Source: Adineta vaga
Lineage: Eukaryota > Animalia > Rotifera
DNA: 64,000 nt
Assembly (NCBI GenBank): GCA_021613535.1
Contig: CP075496.1
Coordinates: 4,340,001 to 4,404,000, forward strand
Direction of reading: 5' to 3'
The notes under the pieces: model-generated
The model's database searches: none
What the model saw: the letters and a program-made list of their open reading frames with translations, nothing else
Told to the model about the DNA's origin: nothing
Program-made: the position numbers and the translations under genes
Shown here: piece by piece, positions 13,875 through 27,200 of the stretch
Layout of the letters: each line of letters begins with the position of its first letter
Position numbering within the stretch: the stretch's first letter is position 1

Positions 13875-16800
13875 ATGTTGAGTCCAACTCGTTCATCAGC
13901 ACAAGCAATACTTAAAACAGTTGTTACTACTGCATCAACAATACTTCAAGAAAGTGCAAGTACAAGCGTAGAACAAAAAGAAGACTCGAATGATGCAGAT
14001 GATAATGAACCATTGAAGAAAAAATTTAAAGATGATTCTGATATCGAAGTAAACTTTTCTAATAAAATTTTCTCGTTTAGTTATTTCAGTCTTTTGGTTT
14101 TTTTCTTCAGGTAGACAGTTCCATAGATACAACCAGTACTCATGTTCGACAACGACTACCAAAGAAACGAAAAGCTTGTGTTTCATTTGGTTATTGCGGT
14201 ATGTTTATAATTTACACATAGTAATTCAAATTTTATTTGTATTTCAATTTAGGTGCTGGCTATTTTGGTCTTCAACGGTAAGAAAAATGATAATTGAATA
14301 TCTTTTAAAAATTCTCTTTATCATTAGAAATGCAAAAGATAAAATACATCGAACTATTGAAGATGAATTAGTTGAAGCTTTCGTTAAAGTTGGTGCTATA
14401 CCACAAGCACATTGCGATGATATGTCCAAAGTACGTGTTTTTCTTCTTTTGAAACGACTTGTTAAGATTCTATAGATTATTATAAAAATTTTATATTTGA
14501 TTTAGATGGCATTTCAACGAGCAGCTCGAACGGATAAAGGTGTATCTGCTGTTGCCAATCTCGTTTCATTAAAAATAGTTCCATTAGAAAATCTAACACA
14601 ACTTGTGAATGAACAATTACCAAAACAAATTCGAATGTTTGGTAACTGAAAAAAAAAGTATTATTTCGGATAGAAGAAAAAAGTCAATTCTCTTCTTCTA
14701 GGTTTTAAACGTGTTGCTGCTAGTTTTAATAGCAAAAATAATTGTGATGCACGAACTTATATTTATATTCTACCAACATATGCTTTTTGTCCAATTGAAG
14801 AGGTTTGATATTGTAAAAAAAGACTGTTCTATTTCAATACTATATTATTTAGATTACCAGTGAATCATATCGAGTTACATGTATGTATTAATTTTATCAA
14901 CTGAATTAAATTTGAGATATTCTTTGTCATTCTCATTTATTGAAATCTTTCGATTGAATGATAGTATGAGAAGTTTTTACACTGAATATTAAAATGAAAC
15001 AAACAAGAGGATAATGAAGAACTAGTATAAGAATTTGGATAATAATATAAATAATAACTATATAATAGTAATAAGAATGACAGTATGATTGTGAAGTCAT
15101 ATATTTAATTCGACGAAATGTAGAGATCATTGTAATAATCAATGAAATGAAATAAACGTTATTAATGTGATAATTATTAAGATTAATGACCAAAGACAAT
15201 GGATTAAAAATATTGTATCAATTGATTGACATGTTTTAAAGATGAACATGTTTTTGTTTATTGATTAGTTTTGGCGCTATGAAATGACTTTCTTTGTCTC
15301 TTTTAGCTGAAATATTACAATTAGTTAAAGATGTAGCAAATGAATATGTTGGTTCTCATAATTTTCATAATTTTACATCGGGTAAAAAATTTACTGATCC
15401 ATCAGCACGACGACATATTTTAAACATTAATGTAAATCAAATCAAATTAGATTTCAAATGACACAACGATCTATTTCTTTTGTCTTTAGATTGCTGATCC
15501 ATATATAAAAGAAAATGTCGAATTTACAACAATTACTATCAAAGGCCAAAGTTTTATGTTGCATCAAATTCGAAAAATGATCAGTTAGTGGATATGACTT
15601 TTTTTGATAGAATAGATGAATTTTACTGAAAGATATTTTTTTAGGTCTTATTATTGCCATTGTTCGTGGTGTTGCTAGTCGAGATACAATTCAACAAGCC
15701 TACAACGCTGATAAGGTATGTATCTATCAAGATCATAGTAAAGATTGTTATGGAGATTATTGATATAACGAACGGGAACTTTTTTTTATAGATTGATATT
15801 CCAAAAGCACCACCACTTGGTCTTGTATTACAAAAAGTAAGTTTCTCTATAATAGTTTTCGTATTTAAAGTGATTGATATTCTGTTTTAGCTTCATTATG
15901 ATCGATATGATAAAAAATTTGGTAGTGATGGTCAACATGAAACATTAACTTGGGAAGAAGTTGAAGTATATTGATTTCTTTTGAAAACTGGAGATATAAA
16001 ATTATTTCTCATCATTTCTGTTTAGAATGAAGTAACAAAATTCAAGGAAGAGATCATCATTCCACACATCGTCAAAAAAGAAATTGCCGATAAATCGTAT
16101 CCTTTTTTATATAAAATGATTGAAAACAGAGAGAAAGAGAGAGAAAAGAGTGTTCTAATGCTTCTTCTTCTTCTTGTAGTTCAGTTTGTATATTTCCTTG
16201 ACTTTTATCTTTATTCCCATTGCTCAGTATGTTGGCTTATTTGGAGCGATTAATTGTTCATTCATTTTCTCCAATGGGTAGCGAGATTGATTGGCGTCTT
16301 TCACTTCCCTATCAGATTGCTTTTCAAAAAGTGAGAACAAAACTAAATCCGATGGTAAGAATCGTTTATTTTATTATTTCAAACTTATTCATTAGACTGA
16401 GAATTTACCCCACTCATCCTTCATCAATCTCTCTAGTTCGTCTTTGTTCTCCTTAACTTTCATTTTTTCATCAGTATGTTTTCATGGCTTTTTTTCGGTC
16501 CGATGCTTTCACGTTATGAACATAGCAGTCCATATTTCTCCATCGTTACATATATTATTCCCACATTACTCGGACGTCTACGTCATTTACCTTTTGTACA
16601 AAAGATGCTTGAAAATGCTTTAATATATGAGGTATGTATTTTCTCATTCTCTCTTCTTCCTCATGAGTCTGTGTGTGTGTATATGAGAATCAGTTTCATT
16701 CGTCAATATGTTTTTCCTTGACTTTCGAAATCTCAGTTTGTTCAAATGGCTTGCATTTTTACCATGCCATCATTTTGATCAACTATTACCGTTTTATCCT

Positions 16801-17028
16801 CCCGGAGCATATACTGGTGTTGGTCGAGGATTGTATCTCTTACAGCAGCAACAGGGAAGTTCTGCCAAGGTATATGTTTGCCATGATACTTTTGTTTTTA
16901 TAAAAACGAAAACCCAATGATTCAATTTAATATATAATTTTGTTTTTGATAACTTTCTCTTTCTTTCTTTCTTTCTTTCTTTCTTTTAGTTGGATGATGA
17001 CGACGATGATAATGGTGCTGATGAATAA
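13875..17028 (+). CDS. PUS1: tRNA pseudouridine synthase 1 (TruA family) with alternative penultimate exons
   Basis: Motifs [25 protein letters not shown] (catalytic Asp), [65 protein letters not shown]. Common last exon 16990-17028 ([12 protein letters not shown]). Possible extra 5' exons near 13593/13681. Confidence 0.95.
16097..16736 (+). other. U12-type (minor) intron: one GTATCCTTT donor with three alternative U12 branch point/acceptor sets
   Basis: Donor GTATCCTTT at 16097. Branch points TTTCCTTGAC (16193-16202), TTCTCCTTAAC (16447-16457) and TTTTTCCTTGAC (16711-16722). Acceptor AGs end at 16227, 16474 and 16736. Confidence 0.88.
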
Positions 17029-17240
17029 ACTTAGTTTAGTTTTTGTTATATTGTTTCTGTTTTTTTTTGTAATCATTGTGTTGAATGATAAAAGAAGAAG
17101 AAGAAGAACAAGAACAAGACGTGGTGTGACCGATATTTGACTTTCAAATTTCACAAAAAAAGAATATTCAACACACCTTGTTGCTGTTTTTTGTTAGATA
17201 AACAACTGTTTGCATTCTTCGGTATCCATACAAGTTTAGT

Positions 17241-18173
17241 ATGGATATTGTATTGAATATTTACGACCGATGGTTATTAACTCCATATGTATATCCGAAA
17301 GAAGGTTGGCCTGAAGATAATCTTCTTCGACAAATCATTTCCTTAACTGTCTTGATCAATATTCATGCAGTTCTTCTATATTTTTTCTTGGGCACTTTTA
17401 GTTATTTGTTTTTATTTGATAAAAAACAAATGAAACATCCACTGTTCTTAAAAGTATGTATCATCAATGGTGAATAAAACTGTTTTTCTTTAACGAAATA
17501 GAGGATTATTTCTAGAATCAAATTCGGCAAGAAATCAAAGTTTCACTACAAAATATTCCATTTATGAGTATTCCAACAATTATTATTTTCTTATTCGAAA
17601 TACGAGGATATTCAAAACTCTACGACAGTTCACAACATTCATATGGTAAGAAAATGAAATAAATTGTTTGATTTTTCTTTTTATAAATTCTTTCATATTT
17701 GGTTAGGTCTAATTTCCTTTTTAAAAGAATTTGGGAGTTTTTTATTTTTCACTGATATGTTGATTTATTTCATTCATCGTGGTTTACATCATCGTCTTGT
17801 TTATAAACATTGTCATAAACTTCATCATAAATGGATTGTTCCAACACCATTTGCCAGTCATGCATTTCAATGGCTTGACGGTTTTCTTCAAAGTTTACCA
17901 TATCATATTTATGTCTTCTTATTTCCATTACATAAAATATCTTATTTACTCTTCTTTCTCTTCGTCAATTTTTGGACAGTAAGCATTCATGATGGAAACT
18001 ATTCTGTTCCAAAATTGTTTCAACCCTTTGTCAATGGCGCAGCACATCATAACGATCATCATCAATATTATGATTGTAATTATGGACAGTTCTTCACATT
18101 TTGGGATAAACTCATGAGTTCGTTTCGTCAACCAATAGTTTACAACGAAAACAAGAAGAAGAATATTGATTAA
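17241..18173 (+). CDS. SC5D: Sterol C5-desaturase / lathosterol oxidase, 3 exons
   Basis: [31 protein letters not shown] resembles the animal SC5D N-terminus; His boxes HRGLHH, HKLHH, HHNDHH and PTPFASHAF. Confidence 0.93.
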
Positions 18174-18616
18174 TATTTGTAAGCAATTTCTGAACTATTT
18201 ATAATTCTTTGTATTTCAATTATTTTTTTAAATAATAAAAACGATTTAAGAAATTAATCAATCCAAAAGAGAAAGAAAGCAATAGAAGTAACGTTATTAG
18301 GAAAAATGAATAAACATGATTTGACAAACTCACATGTTTTTCTTTTGGTGAAGGAAAATGACATTCAATTGATGTGGTCGCGTATATTACCTATCTATTT
18401 CAATGTATCCGTTCATTGCCTTAATTGATTTTTTAACATCGAAGGTTCTTGTCTGATGATATGTGAGGTAGAAAAAAGAACGGCATTGACCTTGTCATAT
18501 GTATGTGTGCTTAGGTGAAATGGTGCGTAGCATTTATCACTGTAGACAAGAAAAAATATTTAGTTAAATGACTGACATCAAACGCAAGTCTACATTATTA
18601 TAAAGAATACAAAAAA

Positions 18617-20251
18617 ATGTTGTCGTCAAGAATCCCCTCTGATAGTGATGACAATGAAGAAGAACCAACAATGCCTGGTGATTATGAACCAATGCGAAGC
18701 GCTGCAGCACGTATTGCACCGCCAACAACTAGTTCACCAACTCGACCTACGGCTCCACCAATGTCAAAACGACGGCCAAGGCCTACATCAGTCTCACCAA
18801 CTAGACGAACAGCAAGACGACGACAGCCTACTAAACAAACGAGTTCCCTCTCAAGATCTCATCGATCAAGGCGACGATCATTAACTCCGAATATTGTTAT
18901 TGATCGACGACATCGTCGTCATGAATCATCTAGAAGAGGTCGTGTGATACGAATTCCACTTGATAATCGTCCAACACTTGGTCTACGTGGACCTCCCAAA
19001 CGAATATTAGAACTTGAGCGTGTGCGATGTCGTCGTCCACGCTATTGTCATCGAAGAAAACATTGTTCGTTAGGCTACGAAGATGAACAAAATAATATTT
19101 CTCAACAACTACCATCAAATGTCATAATAGCTAATCCAATACCAAACCCATGTGCACCGTCAAATAATAATCAAAATGCTTTATTAAAATTTCTTTCAAA
19201 CTTAAACCCACAGATGATGGAAAATTTACCAAAACACACAGTTCGCTTACCACCTATCCATCTACCAGGTAGTCAAGCAGATAATAATACAGAACTTCAT
19301 ACAGTTGTATTTCCTGCTGAACTAATTAATCCTATCGATGGAACTCTATCTATTATTCAAGCGACTCCAGGAGTAAATGGTGTCAATCCTGGTATGATAA
19401 ATAATTCATTATCAATTTTAGGTCCCACACAACCTCAAAGAATTGGTATTCCAACAAATGGCACAGCAACAATACCAAATTATGTAGCAACGGCATCAGA
19501 TCCATTTCTACAACAATTACAAGATCTCGTACAACGAGTTACTCTTTCTCAAGCACAATCAACATTACCAGCTTCGAACCCTACTATGTTTCAACCACCT
19601 TTATCTAATATACCACAATCTAACACATCACTGATTTCGCGAATGAATTCAGCAAATATCCGTCCAACAAATATACCTAATAGCACACCTACTTATCCAC
19701 CCATTTCAACAACTAATACAGAAAGTACTAGACCTTATCGTCCAGCGAACATCACACCCTATCGTTTACCAAATAACAGATCGTTTCAATCACCATCTCA
19801 TATACAGAACAGACCATCAGGCGTGACACCTTATCGTCCACCAAATCAGACAACTTTTCAACCAAGACGTGCTCCACCGTCTCCTACATCAGACGTCGGT
19901 CCATATCGACCAGCAAACATAACACCTGTTAATGCTACACCTAATCGTTCTATTGCAAGTTCAATGTTATCATCAGCGACTCCATCAAGAATGACTCCGT
20001 CTATTTCATCACCATACTCTGGTTCCTCAAATACTTTTAATCCCTATTCATATAGTCTCGGTGATAGTTCTTTGAATGTATCAACTCCATCTCAATCACA
20101 AACTCCTTATCGATCAGATAATCCAATGCCGAGATCAATTCTTCGTAATGGAATGTCTAATGCTCAGATGAACACTACTTATAGTCGTTTAAATCCATCA
20201 AGTGTTTCGTCTACTCATGGTAATGCACGTAAAAGAACCACATTTGCTTGA
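18617..20251 (+). CDS. Uncharacterised 544-aa Arg-rich then Pro/Ser/Thr/Asn-rich, largely disordered protein
   Basis: Uninterrupted 1.6-kb ORF in AT-rich DNA, good start context (aaaaATG), internal PYRP repeats. Confidence 0.8.
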   Translation: MLSSRIPSDSDDNEEEPTMPGDYEPMRSAAARIAPPTTSSPTRPTAPPMSKRRPRPTSVSPTRRTARRRQPTKQTSSLSRSHRSRRRSLTPNIVIDRRHRRHESSRRGRVIRIPLDNRPTLGLRGPPKRILELERVRCRRPRYCHRRKHCSLGYEDEQNNISQQLPSNVIIANPIPNPCAPSNNNQNALLKFLSNLNPQMMENLPKHTVRLPPIHLPGSQADNNTELHTVVFPAELINPIDGTLSIIQATPGVNGVNPGMINNSLSILGPTQPQRIGIPTNGTATIPNYVATASDPFLQQLQDLVQRVTLSQAQSTLPASNPTMFQPPLSNIPQSNTSLISRMNSANIRPTNIPNSTPTYPPISTTNTESTRPYRPANITPYRLPNNRSFQSPSHIQNRPSGVTPYRPPNQTTFQPRRAPPSPTSDVGPYRPANITPVNATPNRSIASSMLSSATPSRMTPSISSPYSGSSNTFNPYSYSLGDSSLNVSTPSQSQTPYRSDNPMPRSILRNGMSNAQMNTTYSRLNPSSVSSTHGNARKRTTFA

Positions 20252-20685
20252 ATTATTTTATTATTCTCTTAAAAATCTGATCAGCATTGACGTCAACATA
20301 CAATGTTTTGACATAAATCAGAAGCAATTGACGATGCCACCTTCTTTTTTTCTTTTCTCTTCTTCATACAACAACCTCTCGTTCGTCTTTGTATTTTTCA
20401 ACGTGTAACCATTACATTTTTCTACATTTACAGTTCTAAATATCGGAAAGAAAGAGATTTTGTGAATGACTTCAGCTGCTTTGTTGTTGTCGCTACTATT
20501 TATTTTACTTGCGGTACGAGCGTGGGAATAATAAAAAGGGAGAAGAAAGAAATGCGTATTATGAAGGAGTAGATGAAGAGAACGAAAAACATTTCAATCA
20601 CGATAAAGAATTCTGAAGGTTTTTTGTTATGATATTTTGAATAAAGTATACAAATATTTCTACTTCATAAATAGTATTAATTTAA

Positions 20686-21288
20686 ATGGCGGAAAACACC
20701 CAGCTCTCATCGACTCCTACAATTCGAACAAGACGTCCATATGAAAAATCTCCGAAAAATACCAAATATAGTTTTCGTATACAAAGTGCACCACCGCTTT
20801 CCATTCAACAATTTCTACGTTCTTCCAGTGGTTTACCTACGGGTGATAAACGATGGCGACCATCTGGTAAATACCATGAACCGATATTTAATAAATATCT
20901 AACGCGTGAAGTTCGACCAAGAGAAAAGATTGCAGAGCCGGTTTGGCGGCCACCAAGTCCCTACAAAGATGAACGACCAACATCATTAAGTCCAGAAAAG
21001 AGAAAAGTTGAACGTATTAAAGAACCAACGTGGCAACCACCAGGACCTTACAGAGATAAACCCCCATCATCATTTAGTCCAGAAAAGAGACCTCAACAAT
21101 CCATTACTGAACCTGTTTGGCGACCCGCAGGCAAAGCTGAACATAAACCGGTACCTTATTTTGAGCCTAATTTAAGATGGTCACTTCAAGAACTTCTACG
21201 ATCAATGCCTGAAATGAGACCACAAACATTTCGTTCATCCAGTAGTATGTCAAAAACAAGAAAAAGTGTAGTAATCGAAGATACATGA
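20686..21288 (+). CDS. Uncharacterised 200-aa protein with EP(V/T)W(R/Q)PP repeats
   Basis: Single-exon ORF with higher GC than the flanks and ~29-aa internal repeats. Confidence 0.8.
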   Translation: MAENTQLSSTPTIRTRRPYEKSPKNTKYSFRIQSAPPLSIQQFLRSSSGLPTGDKRWRPSGKYHEPIFNKYLTREVRPREKIAEPVWRPPSPYKDERPTSLSPEKRKVERIKEPTWQPPGPYRDKPPSSFSPEKRPQQSITEPVWRPAGKAEHKPVPYFEPNLRWSLQELLRSMPEMRPQTFRSSSSMSKTRKSVVIEDT

Positions 21289-24200
21289 AAACCAAACTCA
21301 TCGTGTTGATTTCATTATTCTAATGTGGTGCTAAAGATATTGTAGTGATTTTTTGAAATAATATTTATTTTTTTAATAACCTATTATAGTTTTAAAAGAA
21401 TCATTTCTGTTTCTTCTTAGCATTTTAGAAAGAATAAACATGACCGTGTGTATTGAATTAATGTTCAATATGAATATTTGATAGATCGTATTTTGTTCTA
21501 CATTATCTTTAAATATTGAATGGATGTTTATTTCAAAGTAAGTTACTCTCCTTAGAGACGATTAGAACGAATGATGTAACCATATTCTATGTTCATTGGA
21601 AATTATAAATTTCTTCTCTTGGGAAATATTTGTTTAATTTGAAGAGTAACAAAACATAGTCAGTAGTAAATCGTTCTGAATACTTGAAAAAAAGAAGAAG
21701 AAATTCACTTTAATATTGATTTATTTGATACAAGAGAAAGTAAACCTAAGATTTCTTTTTCTATAATGAAGCCCTGTCTTTTATCTATCCGAATAAAGAA
21801 AATAAGTTCTACAACAGCTGTAGTAGTTTTATTTGTTCGAAAGAAATTCTCAAGTATTAAATTAATCATAAAAAAACAACATCAATATTCTCTTTCCACT
21901 TCTATTTCATTTTCAAATCAGATTAATTCATCTATTTCTATAAAAACACTTGATGAATATCTGTCAAGATATTTCCAATTTGAATAGACACTCGATTTTA
22001 CACGTTCATATATTGAAATCAAATTGAAAGGCAAAACAGGTGTTAATTGTACACTGCTGCTACTATTACTTGTTAGAGAACGAATATTAAACTAACAAGA
22101 AGATCAATACAACACCTTTGTATTACACATATGATCAATTCGACATCGTATGGCAATACTTTTTTTATCTTGTGTGACAAAATATATCTGATTGATATGT
22201 AATATTTCATCATCTTTAGATTATAGATATACTTGAAAGATTATAAATCGTACAAATTTCTTTTCTTTTTGCTTCGATAAGTTCTTTTTTTATCTCTTCA
22301 CATGATTTACAATCATCCTACGGCATTGTAGAATTGTGACAATATTTTTTTTCTCTTTATAAGTGTCTATACGCGTGCGCGTGTCTGTATGTTATTATAT
22401 AGAATCAATCTAATCTCTAAATCGATTCAATTTTCCATAATGTCTTTTTGTCTATAATCATTTGTTAACTTTAGAAAAAAACTCTTTTCATGTTTATATA
22501 CATATAAAAACAAACTTCTGAGAATGCCGAAAGAATCTAACTGCTATGATTATTTTCACACAGTAAATTAACGCCATAATGAAAATATTGTTCATTTCAT
22601 TTTCTTCTTTTTCGCCCGCCTCCCGACTCATTCCCTTTAGATATATAAAAGACATACGTTTGTTGATAACACCGCAGGACAAAATGAGTGAAAGAGCAAA
22701 CGATATCTTTGTTCAATTGATATTGATTGTTATTTTGTATTCTCACATAAACAATTTGCGGTTGAATTCTCGACACTGTCTATATACGTGGACTATCGAT
22801 GTCATCTGGTGTCGGCAAAATCAGCATAAATATAAAGGGGAAAAAAGAAATCTATATAATCATCTTTTCACAAGAGAATTTAAAAAAACGTACTCATCAT
22901 TTCGATCGTCTTTTTCTTTTCTAATCAACGATCCGCTCTTTTCATATGTCCTAAATCATCTGTCCATTGAAAAAAATAATTTCACTGAAGACGACCCATA
23001 TGTTTGACCTTTTTGTTAATGATAAAGAAATGAACAAGAAATATCAACGTACTTGATTTTTTTTCGATGCAATCATCAGTACTTATATACATCTATATCA
23101 ATGTCTATCATTTCTAAGTATGTATGTCAGTTGATATATACTAGTTAGAAAAAAGACAACAATGACCGCTAGGAACAATAGTATGCAGTAAACTAAATGT
23201 GTTATTGTTATCTTTTCATCGAGTTGTCATCGTTAATACTTGAAGAGTCTTGTTTCGGAACGAGCCAGGGCCGATGTATGTCTGTCTTTCTTTGTCTTTG
23301 TTTTTATTTGATTAATACAATCTTTAACACGCGTATATCGACGAAATAAGAGAGACACATAAAATGAGATCGTATTATAATCAGAGCGCATGGTTTCATG
23401 TCTGCATGCCTTCTTATAAAGAAAGAAATATATATATATATGTATATGAAAAGAAGAGAGCTCTTCAGCTTCTATGAAGTCACGCATCATGTTTTGGATC
23501 AATAATAAAGAACAAGAGTGAAATATCTAAAGTGATATTCTCAATTTACACTAATGTTTTCACATATACTTATTTAATTAATAGATTTTTTTCATTTAAG
23601 TTAGATCGATCGATATTTCCGATCTGATAATCATCATTTTGACTTTTTCGATCGAAAAGTGTTAATTAGTTTTTCTATTCAAGTGTGAATCCCAATATGA
23701 CACGATAGCTCATGGCAAGTGTGCCTATACAGTTCAATTCCTATTTCGTTATTAATCGACAATGACTTTGTATATTATATATGTATACATGTTCAGATGA
23801 GATGTTCCACCTGCTTCACTTCAGTTACTGTTTCGAGTTGATAAACGACAGAAAATATTTAATGACCGAAAAAAAAAGAAAAAGAAAGCTAAACAGTAGG
23901 TCTCTCTTGTCATATATCACAAATGATATGACCTTTGAAAAAAAAAATATGTACATCCATAGACATATACATATAGACAAGCACGATTCTGTCTCTTTTT
24001 CTTTTTTTTTGTTGCTTTCTGCGTTCGTATTCAGAAGCTTAGATGAAGAGAAAGACAAACTGAGAGAAGTTATATACAGACGACTGCTGTATCATATCAG
24101 GTTCTCCTTCATTTTTGAAGAAACATATGGCATCTGGTTGCACCTTTAACAAGAAATAAATAGCTAATACAGGTATGCATTCAAGGCAACGTTCGTTTTT

Positions 24201-27200
24201 GATTGATGTATATGCAATAACAGTCGTTTTTTTCTTCGTCTTTTTATCTATTTGTACATATACGTCTATGTATTCTAATACAAGCGTGCCTGATATGTCG
24301 TAAGGTGTTGTTTTATCGTTTTATTGCGTGCAAATTTCAAGGATTTTTCCTTCACATTATTGTGTGATAGATCGATTTAATCGATGAATTCATTTTGAAA
24401 GTATAGATTAAATGACTTATCATTAATAATTCCAACTTTTAAAAGACATTAAATCAATAAATGAATAGGAGGAAAAAAAAGATGCATTGAACAGGATCAA
24501 AGAGATATTCAAAGTAGACCAAACGAAATAAATATGGTAATTTTGACACATAAAGTGTGCACGTCTAATGATCATGTTTGTTACTTTATGCGTGTGTGTG
24601 TGTGCGGATAGATTGATTTGAAAAGGTGCATCCGCATTGAGAAGAAGATAATGTATATGTATAAACAAATACAAAAGAAAGATGTTCAACTCACATCTCT
24701 TCTCTTCTCTTTTCTTTTCTTTTATTCTCGTGCTCTCTTCATCTTTTTTTATTATCTCTGTTCAGCATCAAATTTGTAGATATAAGAAGAAGAAGAAGAA
24801 AAAAATAAAAGAATCGAAGAGACAAAGCAAACTCAATAGTACGAGTTGCTTCAATTGACATCCGGCTTGTTCATTCTATATGCATGAGCACTTCATTTCC
24901 ACATCGTCGCATTGAGGACAAATGCATTTGATCTATTAGAAACAAAAATCGGTAAGAAATAGAGGAAGTGCACTAGATTATTTCGACTGAAATTAGACTT
25001 AATTCCTCGAAGAGAAAAGGAACATTTAAGAATCCATAGAAATTTAATGACCTTGATGAGAATTTCTGCTTGAGTTTTTTTCCTCTCTCTTTCTCTTACT
25101 CGATATCTTAATTATTTAGATTTGTAATTAGAAATTCTTATTTTTTGTTTCGTTCAAATCGAGATATTCAATGTTTGTTCATCATCTAAGCCTGCACTTG
25201 GTCGAGTCTGTTATTGTTGTTTGACCTTGTATACATAAAACGAAATGAACATACACATAATGTAGCTATTTCGTTTGTATGTATATCCAACGTGATTCGA
25301 ACAATCGTACCGCTATATCTAGCAAACATTTGCATCTCCTCCTGTATTTGTCTAATATGCAAGAAAGACATTGGGCTTCCTTCCATTTTCGCACTCTATT
25401 CATAAGAAGAACAAAGATACTTATATGTTTAATCAATCGAATATACATTCACATGATAGTAATTTCTTTTCCTCTTTTCAAAGGTATCGAGAGTGTTATT
25501 TTCGAAAATAAGTAGTCTCTAGTGAGAAATAAGAAATGTTCATCATTGTATTCTTGTCTATATTATTATCACTATAGATGTCGGAAGTTCAATCATTTTA
25601 ATAGGAGTTGCGGTGAGAATTATACACAGCAGTAAGACTAATCAATGTAGACGCTGTTGTCAACATACATACACGCTGTGTGAATGAGCCAGATGGCTGC
25701 CGACACCCAACATGAAATGAATGAATTAGAAACTTTTATTTGACTTGCTATTGGCATCATAACAAGGTGATTAGACATCGACTGATAGACTTTCTTTTTT
25801 AGAATTTGTAGGCATGTATATATATATATATACATACATGTATGCGAATGAACAAGTGTGCAGTTTGAATTATTGACAGAGAAGAAGTTAAAGTCAAGAT
25901 ATTTCTTTCTCTTCGTTTCTTCTTTATCGATTCGAACGAAGTTCATCAACAAACGAGAGAACAGATGCACTTGTGTTATCGCATCCTATGGATAAGTAAA
26001 GAGAAAGTTATGTAAGCATCAGTGATCGACGACGACAACGACAACAATTAAAAAATCCGTACATTACAATTGTTTGTTCACTCACATCCTAACGAAGGTA
26101 ATTGTTATATACATAACTAGAAAAGTAATTGACCGTATTGTTGCTATTCTTTTTGCTGCTATTGAACATATATACATACAAACATACATCATATTAGAGA
26201 AGTTATTAGAAAGGACTCTATTGAAAACTATACTCTTCATTGATCGCGTCTCTTTTTTTTCTCCTACTCTCTTTTCTATTGTTCGCTCGTCTTCTCATAT
26301 ATGTATATCGAAAATTGATTCTCTCTTGAGGATGCTCATGCCGTAATCGTTTGCATCGTCATCGCTGTTGTTGTTGATAACAAAAGACTAAGATCTGTCT
26401 TCACCTCCGTATATCACTATGTGGATAAGTTAGATCATTTTTCGTTCTCATTGACATATAAAAATTTCTTCATCTTTCTTTCTCTAAAAGACAAAAATAA
26501 CAACAAAATCTATCAACACAATTACACACCAATAGAGAATGACCATTACTAATTATGTAATAGTCATATATCCGAGTATTGATTGCCAGAAAATGTCCAA
26601 AGCCTAAAGCTTAATTGATAAGTGTATAGAGAAAATCACCAAAAGAATAGAGAGAAAACGTACATATTACAGTCAAAAAGCTTCGATGTGTCGTACGTTC
26701 TATCGACATCACACTAATAAATGCGATCGTGTGTGAAATAGAATTATGGCAAAGCGTCACCATTATTTTTATTGAAATTGTGTAATAATGTTCAAATGTA
26801 TTGTCTTAGAGAAAAATCGATTGAGGCAAATAATGTGATAATAACAATGTTCGATGTTATTTTATTTTATTACTACCGGTGAATTACATCAATAGATTTC
26901 TTTCTTTCTTCCTTTCTTTTTTTTTAAGTTAACTGTTACAATCATTATCTTAGAATGAAGTAAAAAGGTTAATTTCTCGAATATATTCTAGAACATCTCT
27001 TATTTCTTGTCAAATAAGAGACATTTGAGTTATAATGTTTATACATAGAGAAATATTCTGTTATTGTATGAATATCGAGGTACATTATCTGAAATATGAC
27101 AGTCGTCATCTCTTTCTTGCGCGCACACACGCACATATATTCGTATATATACATATATGTGTATATGTGCGTGCGCATTCGGGCGTCGGTCAGCTTCTGT

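Noticed and set aside
14933-15199. Hydrophobic 88-aa antisense ORF in a PUS1 intron
   Set aside because: Non-ATG start and Ile/Tyr/Asn-rich composition expected from AT-rich intron DNA; no family motif.
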